A DNA stretch of 61,564 nt, the filler included. It is 3 parts of 3 records of this genome, joined end to end, with 100 filler letters (N's around TTAATTAATTAA, not from the genome) between each part and the next. Parts side by side here need not be neighbours in the genome. Positions count along the whole stretch, not along the records: positions 50,054 to 61,564 come from SRR22947725_2227; 2 more parts are not named here. One strand, given 5' to 3'. Positions 50,134-60,539 of this stretch are shown in pieces; the first letter of the stretch is position 1, and every line of letters starts with the position of its first letter. The notes under the pieces were generated by a model that saw only the letters and a program-made list of their open reading frames with translations, did no database searches and was not told the DNA's origin. Made by a program: the position numbers and the translations under genes.

Positions 50134-51213
50134 GTGGAAAAAAAATTATACATAGTCAGGAAAGAATTCGATGGATTTGGGGGAGCTGAAAATGTTGCTA
50201 AGCGGTTGCTTGAAGGAATTCAAGGATATTTCAATGCTTCATTATTATACGCAGGTGGCAATGAGAAAGACTATAAATTCTCAGGAAGTAAAGGTCCAGG
50301 TTGGTTTAGATCTTTATTATTCGCATCTTCTGTAAATAAATTTCTCTCCCAAAGTCCTGATGCTTTAGTTTTTAGCATGACTCGTGGAATCCCTGGTGCA
50401 GTTTTTCGTATGGGGGACGGAGTTCATAAGTGTTGGCTAAGGAGGAAGCAGACAGGAACAGTTAAAAGGATTACAAACCCAAATCATTTAATCACCCCTG
50501 TTCTTGAGCGTTTTTCTATCCAGAAATCAAAATGCGTCGTTCCTAATTCTCAACTAATATTTAAAGAATTAGAAGAAATCTACCCGCAGTATAAACATAA
50601 ATGCGAAGTCATCCAAAATGGGTATAATCGAGGCTTTTTCCAATTTGCAAATTCGTCTGAGAGAGAAACACTAAAAGTAGATCACAATATTTCCAATAAT
50701 TGCTTGAATTTTCTTTTTTGTGCAAATGGATGGGAAAGAAAAGGGCTTATTTATGCAATTGAAATGTTGTCAATACTGGCAAAAATAACTCCGTGTCATT
50801 TATGGGTAGTTGGACGCGGCAACCAGACGGAATTTGCCAAAAAAGCTAAACAGTGCGGAATTGCAAAAGAAATTTCTTTTATTGGTCCTGTAGCCGACAC
50901 CTCTTCTTGGTATAAAATGGTAGACCTTTTTGTTTTACCTACTCTCTACGATCCATTTTCTAATAGTTGCTTGGAGGCTCTAGCTTGTGGTTGCCCGGTT
51001 CTGACGACCCAAAGTAATGGAGCTAGCGAATGCCTAAATAAAAGCAACGGTCTTGCCGTTAGGAATCCACAAGATGTACTACAAGGAAATGTTATTAAAT
51101 GGATCAACGAAATAAGAAAACTGAATCGCAAGTTCATTTCCGATTCTGTAAAATCGCTCACTTCTGAGAATGAGATTAATTCCTACCTGAACCTTCTTCA
51201 TAATCATGAATAA
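50134..51213 (+). CDS. GT4 glycosyltransferase (LPS core, WabG/RfaG-like)
   Basis: FGGAE, GDGVH, NGWERKG, LPTLYDPFSNSCLEALACG. Confidence 0.88.
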   Translation: MEKKLYIVRKEFDGFGGAENVAKRLLEGIQGYFNASLLYAGGNEKDYKFSGSKGPGWFRSLLFASSVNKFLSQSPDALVFSMTRGIPGAVFRMGDGVHKCWLRRKQTGTVKRITNPNHLITPVLERFSIQKSKCVVPNSQLIFKELEEIYPQYKHKCEVIQNGYNRGFFQFANSSERETLKVDHNISNNCLNFLFCANGWERKGLIYAIEMLSILAKITPCHLWVVGRGNQTEFAKKAKQCGIAKEISFIGPVADTSSWYKMVDLFVLPTLYDPFSNSCLEALACGCPVLTTQSNGASECLNKSNGLAVRNPQDVLQGNVIKWINEIRKLNRKFISDSVKSLTSENEINSYLNLLHNHE

Positions 51214-51970
51214 CAGCCATAAACTGCCGATTTCAGTTTGCATCCTTGTTAAAAACGAGGAGAAGAACCTTCCTCGTTCATTGCATCCTCTCTCCATATT
51301 CGAGGAAATCTTAATTTATGATTCGGGCAGCACAGATAAAAGTATGGAGATTTGCGAAAGTCACGGTGCTAATGTCATTCAAGGTGAATGGTTAGGTTTT
51401 CCTGAAAGTAGAAAAAAACTATTTTCACAAGCTGCACAACCCTGGATATTTTGGTTGGATGCTGATGAGGTTGTGACTCTGGAACTTGTCGAAGAATTAA
51501 AAGTCAAGTTTTCCGGAGATATTAAAGTGAGTGGCTTTGAAATTAATCGTATGGTGTTCTTTCTTGGGAAATGGGTAAAACACGGGGAATGGTTCCCTGA
51601 TTGGAATGTTAGAATATTCAGGTCTAATAATTGGCAAATATTAGATCGCGAAGTCCACGAGTCTGTTTGCATTAGAGGCAAAGTGACTAGGCTTAGCTCT
51701 CTACTCGAACATCATAGCTATAAAGACTGGGATGACCGAAAGGCAAGGGTAGATAAATACTCAGAGTTATGGGCAAATATGAGAATGGCGGATGAGCACC
51801 GTAGTGTTACCTATGGCGAAGAATATCTTAGAGCAGGATGGAGGTTCTTTCGGTCATTCTTTTTAAAAGGGGGTTTCCTTGACGGTTTAATCGGGTTAAA
51901 AATTGCGATTTCCATAGCCAGCGAAGTTACCATTAAGTATAAGAAACTCCGCGTTCTCTCATCCAAATAA
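51206..51970 (+). CDS. GT2 glycosyltransferase (WaaE/LgtF-like)
   Basis: NEEKNL, DSGSTD, LDADE, VHE, FLDG. Confidence 0.9.
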   Translation: MNNSHKLPISVCILVKNEEKNLPRSLHPLSIFEEILIYDSGSTDKSMEICESHGANVIQGEWLGFPESRKKLFSQAAQPWIFWLDADEVVTLELVEELKVKFSGDIKVSGFEINRMVFFLGKWVKHGEWFPDWNVRIFRSNNWQILDREVHESVCIRGKVTRLSSLLEHHSYKDWDDRKARVDKYSELWANMRMADEHRSVTYGEEYLRAGWRFFRSFFLKGGFLDGLIGLKIAISIASEVTIKYKKLRVLSSK

Positions 51971-53077
51971 ATGCTCACCGAAAAAAAATTAAAAATTATT
52001 CATACCGAAGCCTCACCGCATTGGGGGGGGCAGGAGATTCGCATTTTCGAGGAGATGAAATGGTTTCGGGAACAAGGGCATGAAATGATCCTAGTCGCAC
52101 CTGACAATGGAACTCTTTATCAACGCTGCAAAGATGAAGACTTCGAGGTTATTTCTCTCTATTTCACAAAACCAAGAACATTATTAAACATTTTGAGGAT
52201 GATTTGGGTGATTTGGCGAAAGAAACCAAATGTTGTCGCGACCCACAGCAGTACCGACAGTTGGGCGGGGTTGATTGCTGCTTCACTAAATAATGTTCGC
52301 AAAAGAGTACGATATCGCCATGTAAGCACGCCAATCAAGAAAAATAGGTTAAATAAATTTCAATATTTGATCCTCAGTAATTTAACTATAACCACCGGTA
52401 ATTGTATAAGAACAGATATTATTAATAAATTCAATATAGACCATGGAAAGATCATATCAATTCCAACAGCAATTAGCCCGCCTAGTCAACTCGAGGATAG
52501 AACTGCAGCAAGAAAACTTCTATCAAACGAAATACCCGATATAGCAAATAAATTTATCATTGGCCAGGTGTCCGTCCTGAGGAGTTGGAAGGGTCACAAG
52601 GTGCTAATTGATGCATTTAACATTTTGAATTCACTCCACAAAAATACAAGTCTTATGATTGTAGGTGACGGCCCTGTGAAATCGGACATTGAGGGGTACA
52701 TCAAGGCCACTAAGAATAACGGCAAAATACATCTATTAGGTCACAAAGAAGATCCGTTTATCTTCCTAAGGGCATTCGACTTAAAAGTACTAGCTAGCAC
52801 AAAAAACGAAGGCATTCCCCAATCAATCCTCCAAGCGATGTACTGCCAAACTCCTGTTATTGGAACTTCTATTGGAGGAATTCCAGAAATTATTAATCAT
52901 GGAGTCTCTGGCTTAATCGTTGAACCAAACAACTCATATCAATTAGCCAATACAATTATTTCTGTAATGAAGGAGTACGAAAGGTCCGAAAAAATGGCTC
53001 AAAATGCACACTATTATGTAAATCTTGAGTTTTCTAAACAAAAGTTATGGTCAAAACTAATTAATCTTTTTTCGTAA
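51971..53077 (+). CDS. GT4 glycosyltransferase
   Basis: HWGGQE, RSWKGH, EGIPQSILQAM, IGGIPEII. Confidence 0.9.
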   Translation: MLTEKKLKIIHTEASPHWGGQEIRIFEEMKWFREQGHEMILVAPDNGTLYQRCKDEDFEVISLYFTKPRTLLNILRMIWVIWRKKPNVVATHSSTDSWAGLIAASLNNVRKRVRYRHVSTPIKKNRLNKFQYLILSNLTITTGNCIRTDIINKFNIDHGKIISIPTAISPPSQLEDRTAARKLLSNEIPDIANKFIIGQVSVLRSWKGHKVLIDAFNILNSLHKNTSLMIVGDGPVKSDIEGYIKATKNNGKIHLLGHKEDPFIFLRAFDLKVLASTKNEGIPQSILQAMYCQTPVIGTSIGGIPEIINHGVSGLIVEPNNSYQLANTIISVMKEYERSEKMAQNAHYYVNLEFSKQKLWSKLINLFS

Positions 53078-53079
53078 TT

Positions 53080-53724
53080 ATGGCAATTATTCTAAAAAAC
53101 GGTGAATGCTTTTTACATATCCCTAAAACCGGGGGTTCATTTATAACTCATGTTTTAAATGAAGCTGGATTAATGAGAAAAAAAATTGGTTATCATAAAC
53201 ATTTAGATTGGACTAGAATTTGCTATTTCCCCCAGACGCACCGCAAGATTTTAACTAGATTAAATTTTAGTTTGGTCAAATTTTATTACCCAACCTCCTT
53301 TTGTTTCGTCCGGCATCCCATTGCTTGGTATGAATCATTTTGGAACTATTGTAATCAAAGTTCGGTTAACTGGAAGGTTTTTGGAACAGTTAGCAATTGG
53401 CATCCATGCTTCAGGTTAGCCGAGCACTATGACACCAACTTTAATGCATTTGTAACAAAGATTCTAAACAACCAACCAGGTTATGTTTCAGAATTATACT
53501 CGATGTACGCTCATCCAAAAGTTGACTTTGTTGGCAAAACTGAAAACCTGACTCAGGATTTATTGACTTTTTTACGAAGACAAGATTATAAAATTGAAGA
53601 AGAATTCTTTTATCAACAAAAAAAAGTGAATGTATCCGAAAAGGAAAGAATTATCTGGGATAAATCCCTTAAAAATGAGGTTCTTGATTCTGAAAAGATG
53701 GCACTATTAAGATATAGCTATTAA
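53080..53724 (+). CDS. Sulfotransferase (Sulfotransfer_2-like)
   Basis: PAPS-binding motifs FLHIPKTGGS and FVRHP...ES; DFVGKTENL. Confidence 0.8.
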   Translation: MAIILKNGECFLHIPKTGGSFITHVLNEAGLMRKKIGYHKHLDWTRICYFPQTHRKILTRLNFSLVKFYYPTSFCFVRHPIAWYESFWNYCNQSSVNWKVFGTVSNWHPCFRLAEHYDTNFNAFVTKILNNQPGYVSELYSMYAHPKVDFVGKTENLTQDLLTFLRRQDYKIEEEFFYQQKKVNVSEKERIIWDKSLKNEVLDSEKMALLRYSY

Positions 53725-54359
53725 TTGAACCTCATTCTTTTAGATATGCTGTTTGAAATCTGAGAATGAAAACCTCTTACGGTTGCATTAAGACGCATCC
53801 CAAGTGAAACTTCATATGAAGCAGATGGTGCGACTTTTTGTATTCCGATCAATGAACCCTCGGTAAATAAAACTTTGTAATTCTTATAGTTTTTTAAGAA
53901 TTTATTAATACTTCTAAAAACGCCAGGAAACTGAGGACTGAAATCATGTGCACAAAGTAGACCACCAACCCGCAGGAACCTAGACCACATCAAATCTTCA
54001 GTCACATATTTTTGTTTATGACTTCCATCTATCAGCATAAAGTCAAAAGATGGATTTTCTGTTTTTGCTACTTTTTGTGCCTGTCTGCTTTTGCAAATCA
54101 GAAAACGAATTTTTTTTGCCTCGATTTTATTTTTTTGGAGGTTCTTCTTAATAACCCTAAACTGATCGTTGAAATACCTCATCGGGTCAACTACCCAAAA
54201 TTGTGGTATTTCGTTCTTATGCTCCTTGTAAAATGAGCATAGTTTACACAATGTTCCTCCCGCTGCAGTACCTACCTCAAGATGCTTACCTTGTAAATCA
54301 AGGCAAGTAAGTTGATCCAAAAGAGCGTTCATTTCATTATCAGGTATTTCTGATTCCAT
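53721..54359 (-). CDS. Class I SAM-dependent methyltransferase (Methyltransf_24-like)
   Basis: LEVGTAAGGT, IDGSH, LRVGGLLCAHD; ATG at 54359 preferred. Confidence 0.85.
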   Translation of the reverse strand: MESEIPDNEMNALLDQLTCLDLQGKHLEVGTAAGGTLCKLCSFYKEHKNEIPQFWVVDPMRYFNDQFRVIKKNLQKNKIEAKKIRFLICKSRQAQKVAKTENPSFDFMLIDGSHKQKYVTEDLMWSRFLRVGGLLCAHDFSPQFPGVFRSINKFLKNYKNYKVLFTEGSLIGIQKVAPSASYEVSLGMRLNATVRGFHSQISNSISKRMRFN

Positions 54360-54393
54360 TGTAATTGCACAATTTCTCACAACTAATCAATAT

Positions 54394-55113
54394 ATGTTAA
54401 TGAAGTTATTTAAAGGATTAAAAAAGAATAAGCATTTTAAAAAAGAAGAAGCACTTTCCGATTTTGATTATGATACAATTAAAGAAGGTTTAATGTACTC
54501 AATGGCTTCATGGGAACGCCTATATGCTAATATCAACTCCGTCAAATATTTGCTCGAGTCTGACATTACTGGATCAATTGTTGAATGCGGGGTTTGGCGT
54601 GGGGGGAGCATGCTGACTATGCTCAGAACTCTTATGCAATCACCTTCAACAGAAAGAGAGATTTTTTTATATGATACTTTTAGCGGAATGAGTAGGCCGA
54701 CTAAAGAAGATGGGGCTTTCGCCATCACTAAGTTTGAGAAATTGCAGACAGGGATTGATAGATCTGATTGGTGCTGTGCAGAAATCAGTGAAGTGAAATC
54801 AGTTATAAATCGATCGTCTTACCCAAAAGATTTAATCAACTTTATTGAGGGTAAAATTGAGGCAACCATTCCACAGAGAAAGGTTCCTGAGCAAATTGCG
54901 CTTCTTAGGATTGACATGGATTGGCATGAACCAACTTTACACGCCTTGAAGCATTTGTATCCCAAACTTGTTAAAGGTGGCGTACTAATTCTCGACGATT
55001 ATGGACATTGGGAAGGATGCAAGGCAGCCGTTGACGAATATTTCTCAACTAACAATATTAGGCTTTTAATGAATAGAATAGACTATACAGGTCGAATCGC
55101 TGTTAAGGTGTAA
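54394..55113 (+). CDS. TylF/MycF/NovP family sugar O-methyltransferase
   Basis: IVECGVWRGGS, YDTFSGM, LRIDMDW, LILDDYG. Confidence 0.9.
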   Translation: MLMKLFKGLKKNKHFKKEEALSDFDYDTIKEGLMYSMASWERLYANINSVKYLLESDITGSIVECGVWRGGSMLTMLRTLMQSPSTEREIFLYDTFSGMSRPTKEDGAFAITKFEKLQTGIDRSDWCCAEISEVKSVINRSSYPKDLINFIEGKIEATIPQRKVPEQIALLRIDMDWHEPTLHALKHLYPKLVKGGVLILDDYGHWEGCKAAVDEYFSTNNIRLLMNRIDYTGRIAVKV

Positions 55114-55392
55114 AAAACCTCATTAAAAAAACAGCATAACAGCTACAAGTCATCATACAATTTTGGCCTCTTTATAAAACTAACTATTGAGACCACTTAA
55201 TGGACATAGCCTTGCTTTACTCATAATCTCAAGGAAAAGAAACTAATATCGAATATTTTCGATCAGCAACATCGTCTTAAACTGTAAATTTTTGTGACTT
55301 AGCTTGGTTTCTGTCTTTGAATTTTTATTTTGGCTACACCAAGAAAAACCAACTAATGACTCAAATTAATTGTAGAGACAATAAGGCATAAT

Positions 55393-56070
55393 CTAATTGT
55401 TTCCTTGAAAAACTAAATCCAATGCAAAAAGATTGCGAATGACAAATGGCAAAAAAGGAAATACGGGAATGCCAGTGCTACCGCCTCCTATCAAATGTCC
55501 CGATATAGGATGAATGGATATCTGGCTAAAGTAAAATTCTAATTCTTTCCTGAGAGTAAAAGCGGAATATGACCTCAAATGAGAAGGGTCTGTCTCAAAG
55601 GGTTGCCCGCATAAAAACTTCCATCTATTCCTGAGCCTGAATGCATTGGGCACTGAACCGACCAATCGACCGTCTTTTCGTAACACTCTAGATATTTCCG
55701 CAAGGGCTTTCTGTGGAAATCTCAGGTGTTCCATAACTTCTGAAAAAACAACGATATCAAAAGAACCTGAATCAAATGGTAAATCCTCTGAGTCTACATC
55801 CACCCAATGACTCTTGAGGCTCAATCTTTTTTCAAATTCAATAAGAGCATTACGATCAACATCTATACCTACTACCTCATTCCCTTCATGGTAGAATTGA
55901 GTTAAGTTACCTGACCGACAACCAACTTCCAGTATTTTATTACTCTTACCAATTAACTGAATGTAGAGGTTTTTTCTTTTTTCATCACCATAAAAGTAAT
56001 CATATTTACCACGGGATTGAAAATCTTCGTAAAATTCAGCAACTTGTTTCTTTGAATCTAAATTCGGCAT
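55393..56070 (-). CDS. Class I SAM-dependent methyltransferase
   Basis: ILEVGCRSG, FSEVMEHL, SVPN. Confidence 0.85.
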   Translation of the reverse strand: MPNLDSKKQVAEFYEDFQSRGKYDYFYGDEKRKNLYIQLIGKSNKILEVGCRSGNLTQFYHEGNEVVGIDVDRNALIEFEKRLSLKSHWVDVDSEDLPFDSGSFDIVVFSEVMEHLRFPQKALAEISRVLRKDGRLVGSVPNAFRLRNRWKFLCGQPFETDPSHLRSYSAFTLRKELEFYFSQISIHPISGHLIGGGSTGIPVFPFLPFVIRNLFALDLVFQGNN

Positions 56071-56081
56071 ATTTTATGGGA

Positions 56082-56777
56082 TTAAATTTTTTCCTTCTCT
56101 GCTTGAACAATAAGATGGCGACCTAATCTACTCCCACTAGTTCCGGCAATAAGCCAAAATTTTCGCTCCTCTTCGGTTTTGGATTTCTTCAGCTTGCCAT
56201 TGCAATAAAACATTGCAGGTAAACCCAATAATCGTTCAAAACTATGTTTAGGTTTAGAGAGGGGTTCATTTATTAAAGCAGGCATTCCAAATCCTGATAG
56301 CTTTAAATAAAGATATAACTGCGGATAAGACCAAGGAGTTATGTGCATATGCTGCCCGAAATGAATCTGCTTATCAACTAGAGATGGAAAAGAAGGAAAG
56401 AAACCGCGGATAAGAAATTGCATTCGAGATTGTGGATACCAAATATTGGGAGTTGTAATGATTAGTGATCCTCCGACATTTAATCTCTGATAAAAGGCAC
56501 GGAGCAGCAAAAGTGGATTCCCGACATGTTCGATTCCTTCGCAGCAGCAGATTAAATCGTAACTCTCTTTGATATCAGGCAATCCATCATCCAAATCATG
56601 CTGCCAAAAGTTGCGGTATCCAGAGGGTTTCCCCTCAAACAAATCTACACCATCAATTTTAGCACTAACTGATAACATTTTTTGTAACCACCCATTTCCT
56701 GAAGGTACATCTAGGACTGTTTTAAATGATTTAGTTTGTAAAAATTCAGCTACAGTTTGTTTGGATGAATCTTGCAT
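56082..56777 (-). CDS. Class I SAM-dependent methyltransferase
   Basis: VLDVPSGNG, EGIEHV, ITTPN. Confidence 0.85.
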   Translation of the reverse strand: MQDSSKQTVAEFLQTKSFKTVLDVPSGNGWLQKMLSVSAKIDGVDLFEGKPSGYRNFWQHDLDDGLPDIKESYDLICCCEGIEHVGNPLLLLRAFYQRLNVGGSLIITTPNIWYPQSRMQFLIRGFFPSFPSLVDKQIHFGQHMHITPWSYPQLYLYLKLSGFGMPALINEPLSKPKHSFERLLGLPAMFYCNGKLKKSKTEEERKFWLIAGTSGSRLGRHLIVQAEKEKI

Positions 56778-57823
56778 TATGTAAATATTTCAGAATAGAT
56801 TTTTTTATACTCGGTTGCAACTGTTGACCAATCCCTACGATAGTCCACAACATAATTCGATTCTAGCAATTCGCTAGCTTTTTCAGCCCAAATCGATATT
56901 TCGCTATTATGTGGAAGCGAAGCTCCAGTGCCTTCTTTAATAATCTCTGAAGCTCCGCACTCCGATGAACAAAGTGGAGTAACACCCATAGCAAGAGACT
57001 CACTAATTACCATGCCAAATGCCTCAAGTTTTGCTGGATGAATAAGCAAGTCAATTGAACGATAGAATAATTCCTTATTTTTCACAAAACCAAGAATATC
57101 TATATTTGTATCAGTTTTTCCAATTAAATGTGAGCAGGCTTCTGCTCTAACGCCAGCTATTTTTAGTTTCAAGTTGGGTCTGCTTTTTTTTAATTCTCTC
57201 CAAATGTTTATTACTTTAAGTAGTCCTTTCCTTTTCCACTCTTTTCCTATGAAACCAATTGTTCCTCCTTCCTTTGGAACTTCACGCTTAGATTGAGTGC
57301 TTGGTAGTTTCAATTCAACCCCTGGATAAATGGCAACTTCTATCCTATTGCTACAACTAGGATGCTTCTGCCTGATCAAGTCTCCCAATCTATTGCTCAC
57401 TGGAACAATTGCTTGAACCGAATGGGAAAAAAGTTCTCTATTCTCTAATTTTTCGTAAAAATAATTACGAATACTTGAAAACTTCAATATCCAAGGCTTC
57501 CCCAAATTAAATGGCGTAGTGTGGAATGTTGATATGTGGTGAGAAGATTCCCTTTCATGACTATGAATAACTCGATCGGATTTAGGGTTTTCTAACAACC
57601 ATCGATTTACCTTCCTCGAGAATCTATAATGAGAAAGCCAATGTGGCTTTGAATGTACCCCAAGTTCAATCACATTAATCCCCCTATAATCATTGGAGTA
57701 ATTTCTTTCGCACAGGACAGTTATTCTGAAACCCAGTTTGAACAATTCTTGGGTCAGACGATATGCATATTCTTCCATCCCTCCAACGGGGCCAAACTTT
57801 TTAACAATTTGAACAATATTCAA
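56777..57823 (-). CDS. GT4 glycosyltransferase
   Basis: FGPVGGMEEY, EWKRKG, EAFGMVISESL. Confidence 0.88.
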   Translation of the reverse strand: MNIVQIVKKFGPVGGMEEYAYRLTQELFKLGFRITVLCERNYSNDYRGINVIELGVHSKPHWLSHYRFSRKVNRWLLENPKSDRVIHSHERESSHHISTFHTTPFNLGKPWILKFSSIRNYFYEKLENRELFSHSVQAIVPVSNRLGDLIRQKHPSCSNRIEVAIYPGVELKLPSTQSKREVPKEGGTIGFIGKEWKRKGLLKVINIWRELKKSRPNLKLKIAGVRAEACSHLIGKTDTNIDILGFVKNKELFYRSIDLLIHPAKLEAFGMVISESLAMGVTPLCSSECGASEIIKEGTGASLPHNSEISIWAEKASELLESNYVVDYRRDWSTVATEYKKIYSEIFT

Positions 57824-57825
57824 TG

Positions 57826-58602
57826 TTAAAGAGATTTTGATGCTCTTATGATTAAGCTTCTAGAAGAAAGCATTCTTATGGAATTCATAATAGGCACTAA
57901 ATGTTTATTTTCGGACCACAATTTGGAATCATATGATTTTAAATTTCTGTTGGTTACAAAACTTGAAAATTTGAATAATGGATAAAGCAAAAGAGCCCAA
58001 AACAAGCATCCTTTCTTTAACCTATCAGAAACAAATTTGAGGTTAGAAAAACCAACTCGTACTAATCCATAATGAAAATAAGGAAAAGTAAGGGGCATTA
58101 TGTGACCACATATCCTGCCCGCATTGGATTGAAGGATAGAAGGAGGCGGGAAAAGTGAGCCAAAACCTGAGGCAAACAAATTAAATCGAGATAACACATG
58201 CATTAAGTTAGGGACAGAAATTATTATTAGCCCACCTGGTCGAAGAACCCTCATAGCTTCTTTAATAAAATCATACGGTCTTGTGGTATGTTCCAAGACC
58301 TCTATTGCGTAAACAATATCAAATGAATTTTCATCATATGGAATCTTTGAATCCAATCCTATTTCCTTGCACTCAACTTCATTGTACTGAAAGAATTGAG
58401 GCTCTACCTCACAGGGAAAAATTACATCTTTCGGCAAAAGGCCCATTTCTTTAGCTCGATCTCCGATTCTTTGGCTCATGTGACCGGAACCACAGCCAAA
58501 ATCAAGAATCCTGACTTTATCTTTGATCTTAGGGGAAATAAGTTCAAAAATCACCTGATTGGTTTTATTGTGTGAGGCTGATTTAATTGGGCTTAAACTC
58601 AT
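57826..58602 (-). CDS. Class I SAM-dependent methyltransferase
   Basis: ILDFGCGSG, IEVLEH, LRPGG, SVPN; ATG at 58602 preferred. Confidence 0.85.
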   Translation of the reverse strand: MSLSPIKSASHNKTNQVIFELISPKIKDKVRILDFGCGSGHMSQRIGDRAKEMGLLPKDVIFPCEVEPQFFQYNEVECKEIGLDSKIPYDENSFDIVYAIEVLEHTTRPYDFIKEAMRVLRPGGLIIISVPNLMHVLSRFNLFASGFGSLFPPPSILQSNAGRICGHIMPLTFPYFHYGLVRVGFSNLKFVSDRLKKGCLFWALLLYPLFKFSSFVTNRNLKSYDSKLWSENKHLVPIMNSIRMLSSRSLIIRASKSL

Positions 58603-60481
58603 TTTTATAAGGTGGGATGTAACTTGATACTGCCTCAATTATTTGTGATGCTTGAATGGAATTAATATCGTTTGTTTTTTTTGACTCGATTGAAATAAGT
58701 GGTGAACTGAAAAACGGTTTCGTTTTAGTCGAATTTGTAGGTCCAAAAAGTACAGCAACTGGAGTTCCTAACATATTTGCCAAGTGCATACTTCCGGTAT
58801 CATTACCAATTACTAGAGAGCAAGAAGCTAATTCATTTGCGAGTTCGCATATAGTTGTCTCTCCAGCTAAATTATGGATTCTTTTTGAAATTGTTTTAGA
58901 GGAAATCATAGATGTTATCATGTAATCATCTCTTGTGCCCAAAAGAGAAAATTCAAACTTACTGTTTCGGTTTGATATGCTATCTATTAAAGAGACCCAA
59001 TTCACGACTGCCCATCTCTTTTCTGGAGTATTAGATGAACCAGCGACAATCCCTATCTTGTGTTTTTTTCTATGAATTGGATGAAGGCTTGTTGGTTTTT
59101 CTTCGATTGATTCATGAAGACCAAAATGGCGTGCCATTTGCTCCCAAAGTCTAGTTTGATGTAAGTTTGAGTATTTAATAATACCTGATTCTACTGGATT
59201 GAATGCATGAGATAATAAAGGACGACTCCTACCAGGTAACCTTAAGCCGAAGCGTTGTTCGGCTCCTGATATAATTGCCTCCATGTCTCCTCTTACTGAG
59301 TTTGTAAAAAGCAGATAATTATCCGGAGGATATCGGGTTTTTTTATGGAATTCCCAAAAATACATGAATGATTTTGGTGGTAAATTGATAAATTCTTCTC
59401 CTAGGTCAAATTTCTTTAACAAATCGGTATATTCAGACTTACAGACTATGGTAAAACTCACATCTGGTCGACCTTTCCGAATTGCTAGTAATACTGGGAT
59501 CGCCATTATAACATCACCTAACCAATTTGGCATTCTAATAAAAAATTTTGTCCTTCTTTCTACTTTTTTATTTTTCAAGACATGCTTTCTTTTCACCAGC
59601 ATTCGATACCTGGATTCAACTCTCGAGTGAACCTTCCACTTCCCATGAGACCACAACCACTCTGGTAAACCATTTGGGTCTTCCTTAATTAGAGATTCTA
59701 ACTTGTTATGAACAAGGGAAGAAACGAACTTATCGCTACCAACGACAAGTTCTTCCATGAAAAGCTCAGCCTTAAAAAAACTTTTTCGCTTTGGGAATAC
59801 AAATACTGGCAAAGCATTTGTGTTCCTAGAGAGACTGTCGGGGAGAGACGTATATGAAATAATGCGATTTAGAAATAAATCCAGCGTGCCTGAGTCACCA
59901 GCATTCTGGTCAAAAAGCAGAATGAGCCAGTTTCCTTCAGATAAATGCTTTTTCGCCTTCAATATTCCGTCTTTTCTTGAAAATACAACCAAACCAGTAG
60001 ACTCTCTTGCCTGCTTGACTTGCTGGTCTATCGCAGGATTTCGATTAGGACGATATATTGCACCAAGTTTGCACCCCTGACTTGGGCGAAAAAGAGGAGA
60101 AGTTGCAATTGTCTCAAAAAGGCAAACATGAGGAAGGAGAATGAGTAGTGGTTTGTTAGTCTTTTTTAAACTTTTTAATTTAATTTCAGTTTCACGAGAG
60201 AAATTTAGTGAATGCCTTTTTTTATACTTCGGTAAGTATTGGTAACTTAAGGAAAAAAGGCCCATTTCAAGCATTCGGGATGCTGATACGGATGCAATTT
60301 CTCTTCTTCTTTTCTCATTCCAATCTGGAAATGCATACCTTAAGTTTGATAATAATAGTTTTTTTCTTTTTGAAGGAATAACAATAAAAATCGCTCCAAT
60401 CCAATTGGTGACCGAGGAAAGTATAGAGTAAGGAAGGCATGACAAAGCCATTCCCATAAACTTAATCAGTATCGCCATCAT
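58583..60481 (-). CDS. Fusion of LpxL/HtrB-type lipid A acyltransferase and GT9 heptosyltransferase (WaaF-like)
   Basis: N-half: TM anchor, NLRYAFP, H-x4-E (HVCLFE), YRPNRNP, DQNAG, WLWSHGKWK; C-half: RMPNWLGDVIM, KRW, NDTGSMHLA, LFGPT. Confidence 0.88.
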   Translation of the reverse strand: MMAILIKFMGMALSCLPYSILSSVTNWIGAIFIVIPSKRKKLLLSNLRYAFPDWNEKRRREIASVSASRMLEMGLFSLSYQYLPKYKKRHSLNFSRETEIKLKSLKKTNKPLLILLPHVCLFETIATSPLFRPSQGCKLGAIYRPNRNPAIDQQVKQARESTGLVVFSRKDGILKAKKHLSEGNWLILLFDQNAGDSGTLDLFLNRIISYTSLPDSLSRNTNALPVFVFPKRKSFFKAELFMEELVVGSDKFVSSLVHNKLESLIKEDPNGLPEWLWSHGKWKVHSRVESRYRMLVKRKHVLKNKKVERRTKFFIRMPNWLGDVIMAIPVLLAIRKGRPDVSFTIVCKSEYTDLLKKFDLGEEFINLPPKSFMYFWEFHKKTRYPPDNYLLFTNSVRGDMEAIISGAEQRFGLRLPGRSRPLLSHAFNPVESGIIKYSNLHQTRLWEQMARHFGLHESIEEKPTSLHPIHRKKHKIGIVAGSSNTPEKRWAVVNWVSLIDSISNRNSKFEFSLLGTRDDYMITSMISSKTISKRIHNLAGETTICELANELASCSLVIGNDTGSMHLANMLGTPVAVLFGPTNSTKTKPFFSSPLISIESKKTNDINSIQASQIIEAVSSYIPPYKNEFKPN

Positions 60482-60539
60482 ACAACAAATTACTTAGTTT
60501 ATAACTTATGAACTTTTTTTGGCAAATATCATTTCAATA

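Noticed and set aside
55114-55392. ~280-bp gap between convergent methyltransferase genes as an ncRNA or mobile scar
   Set aside because: No convincing hairpin, repeat or ORF found by eye.
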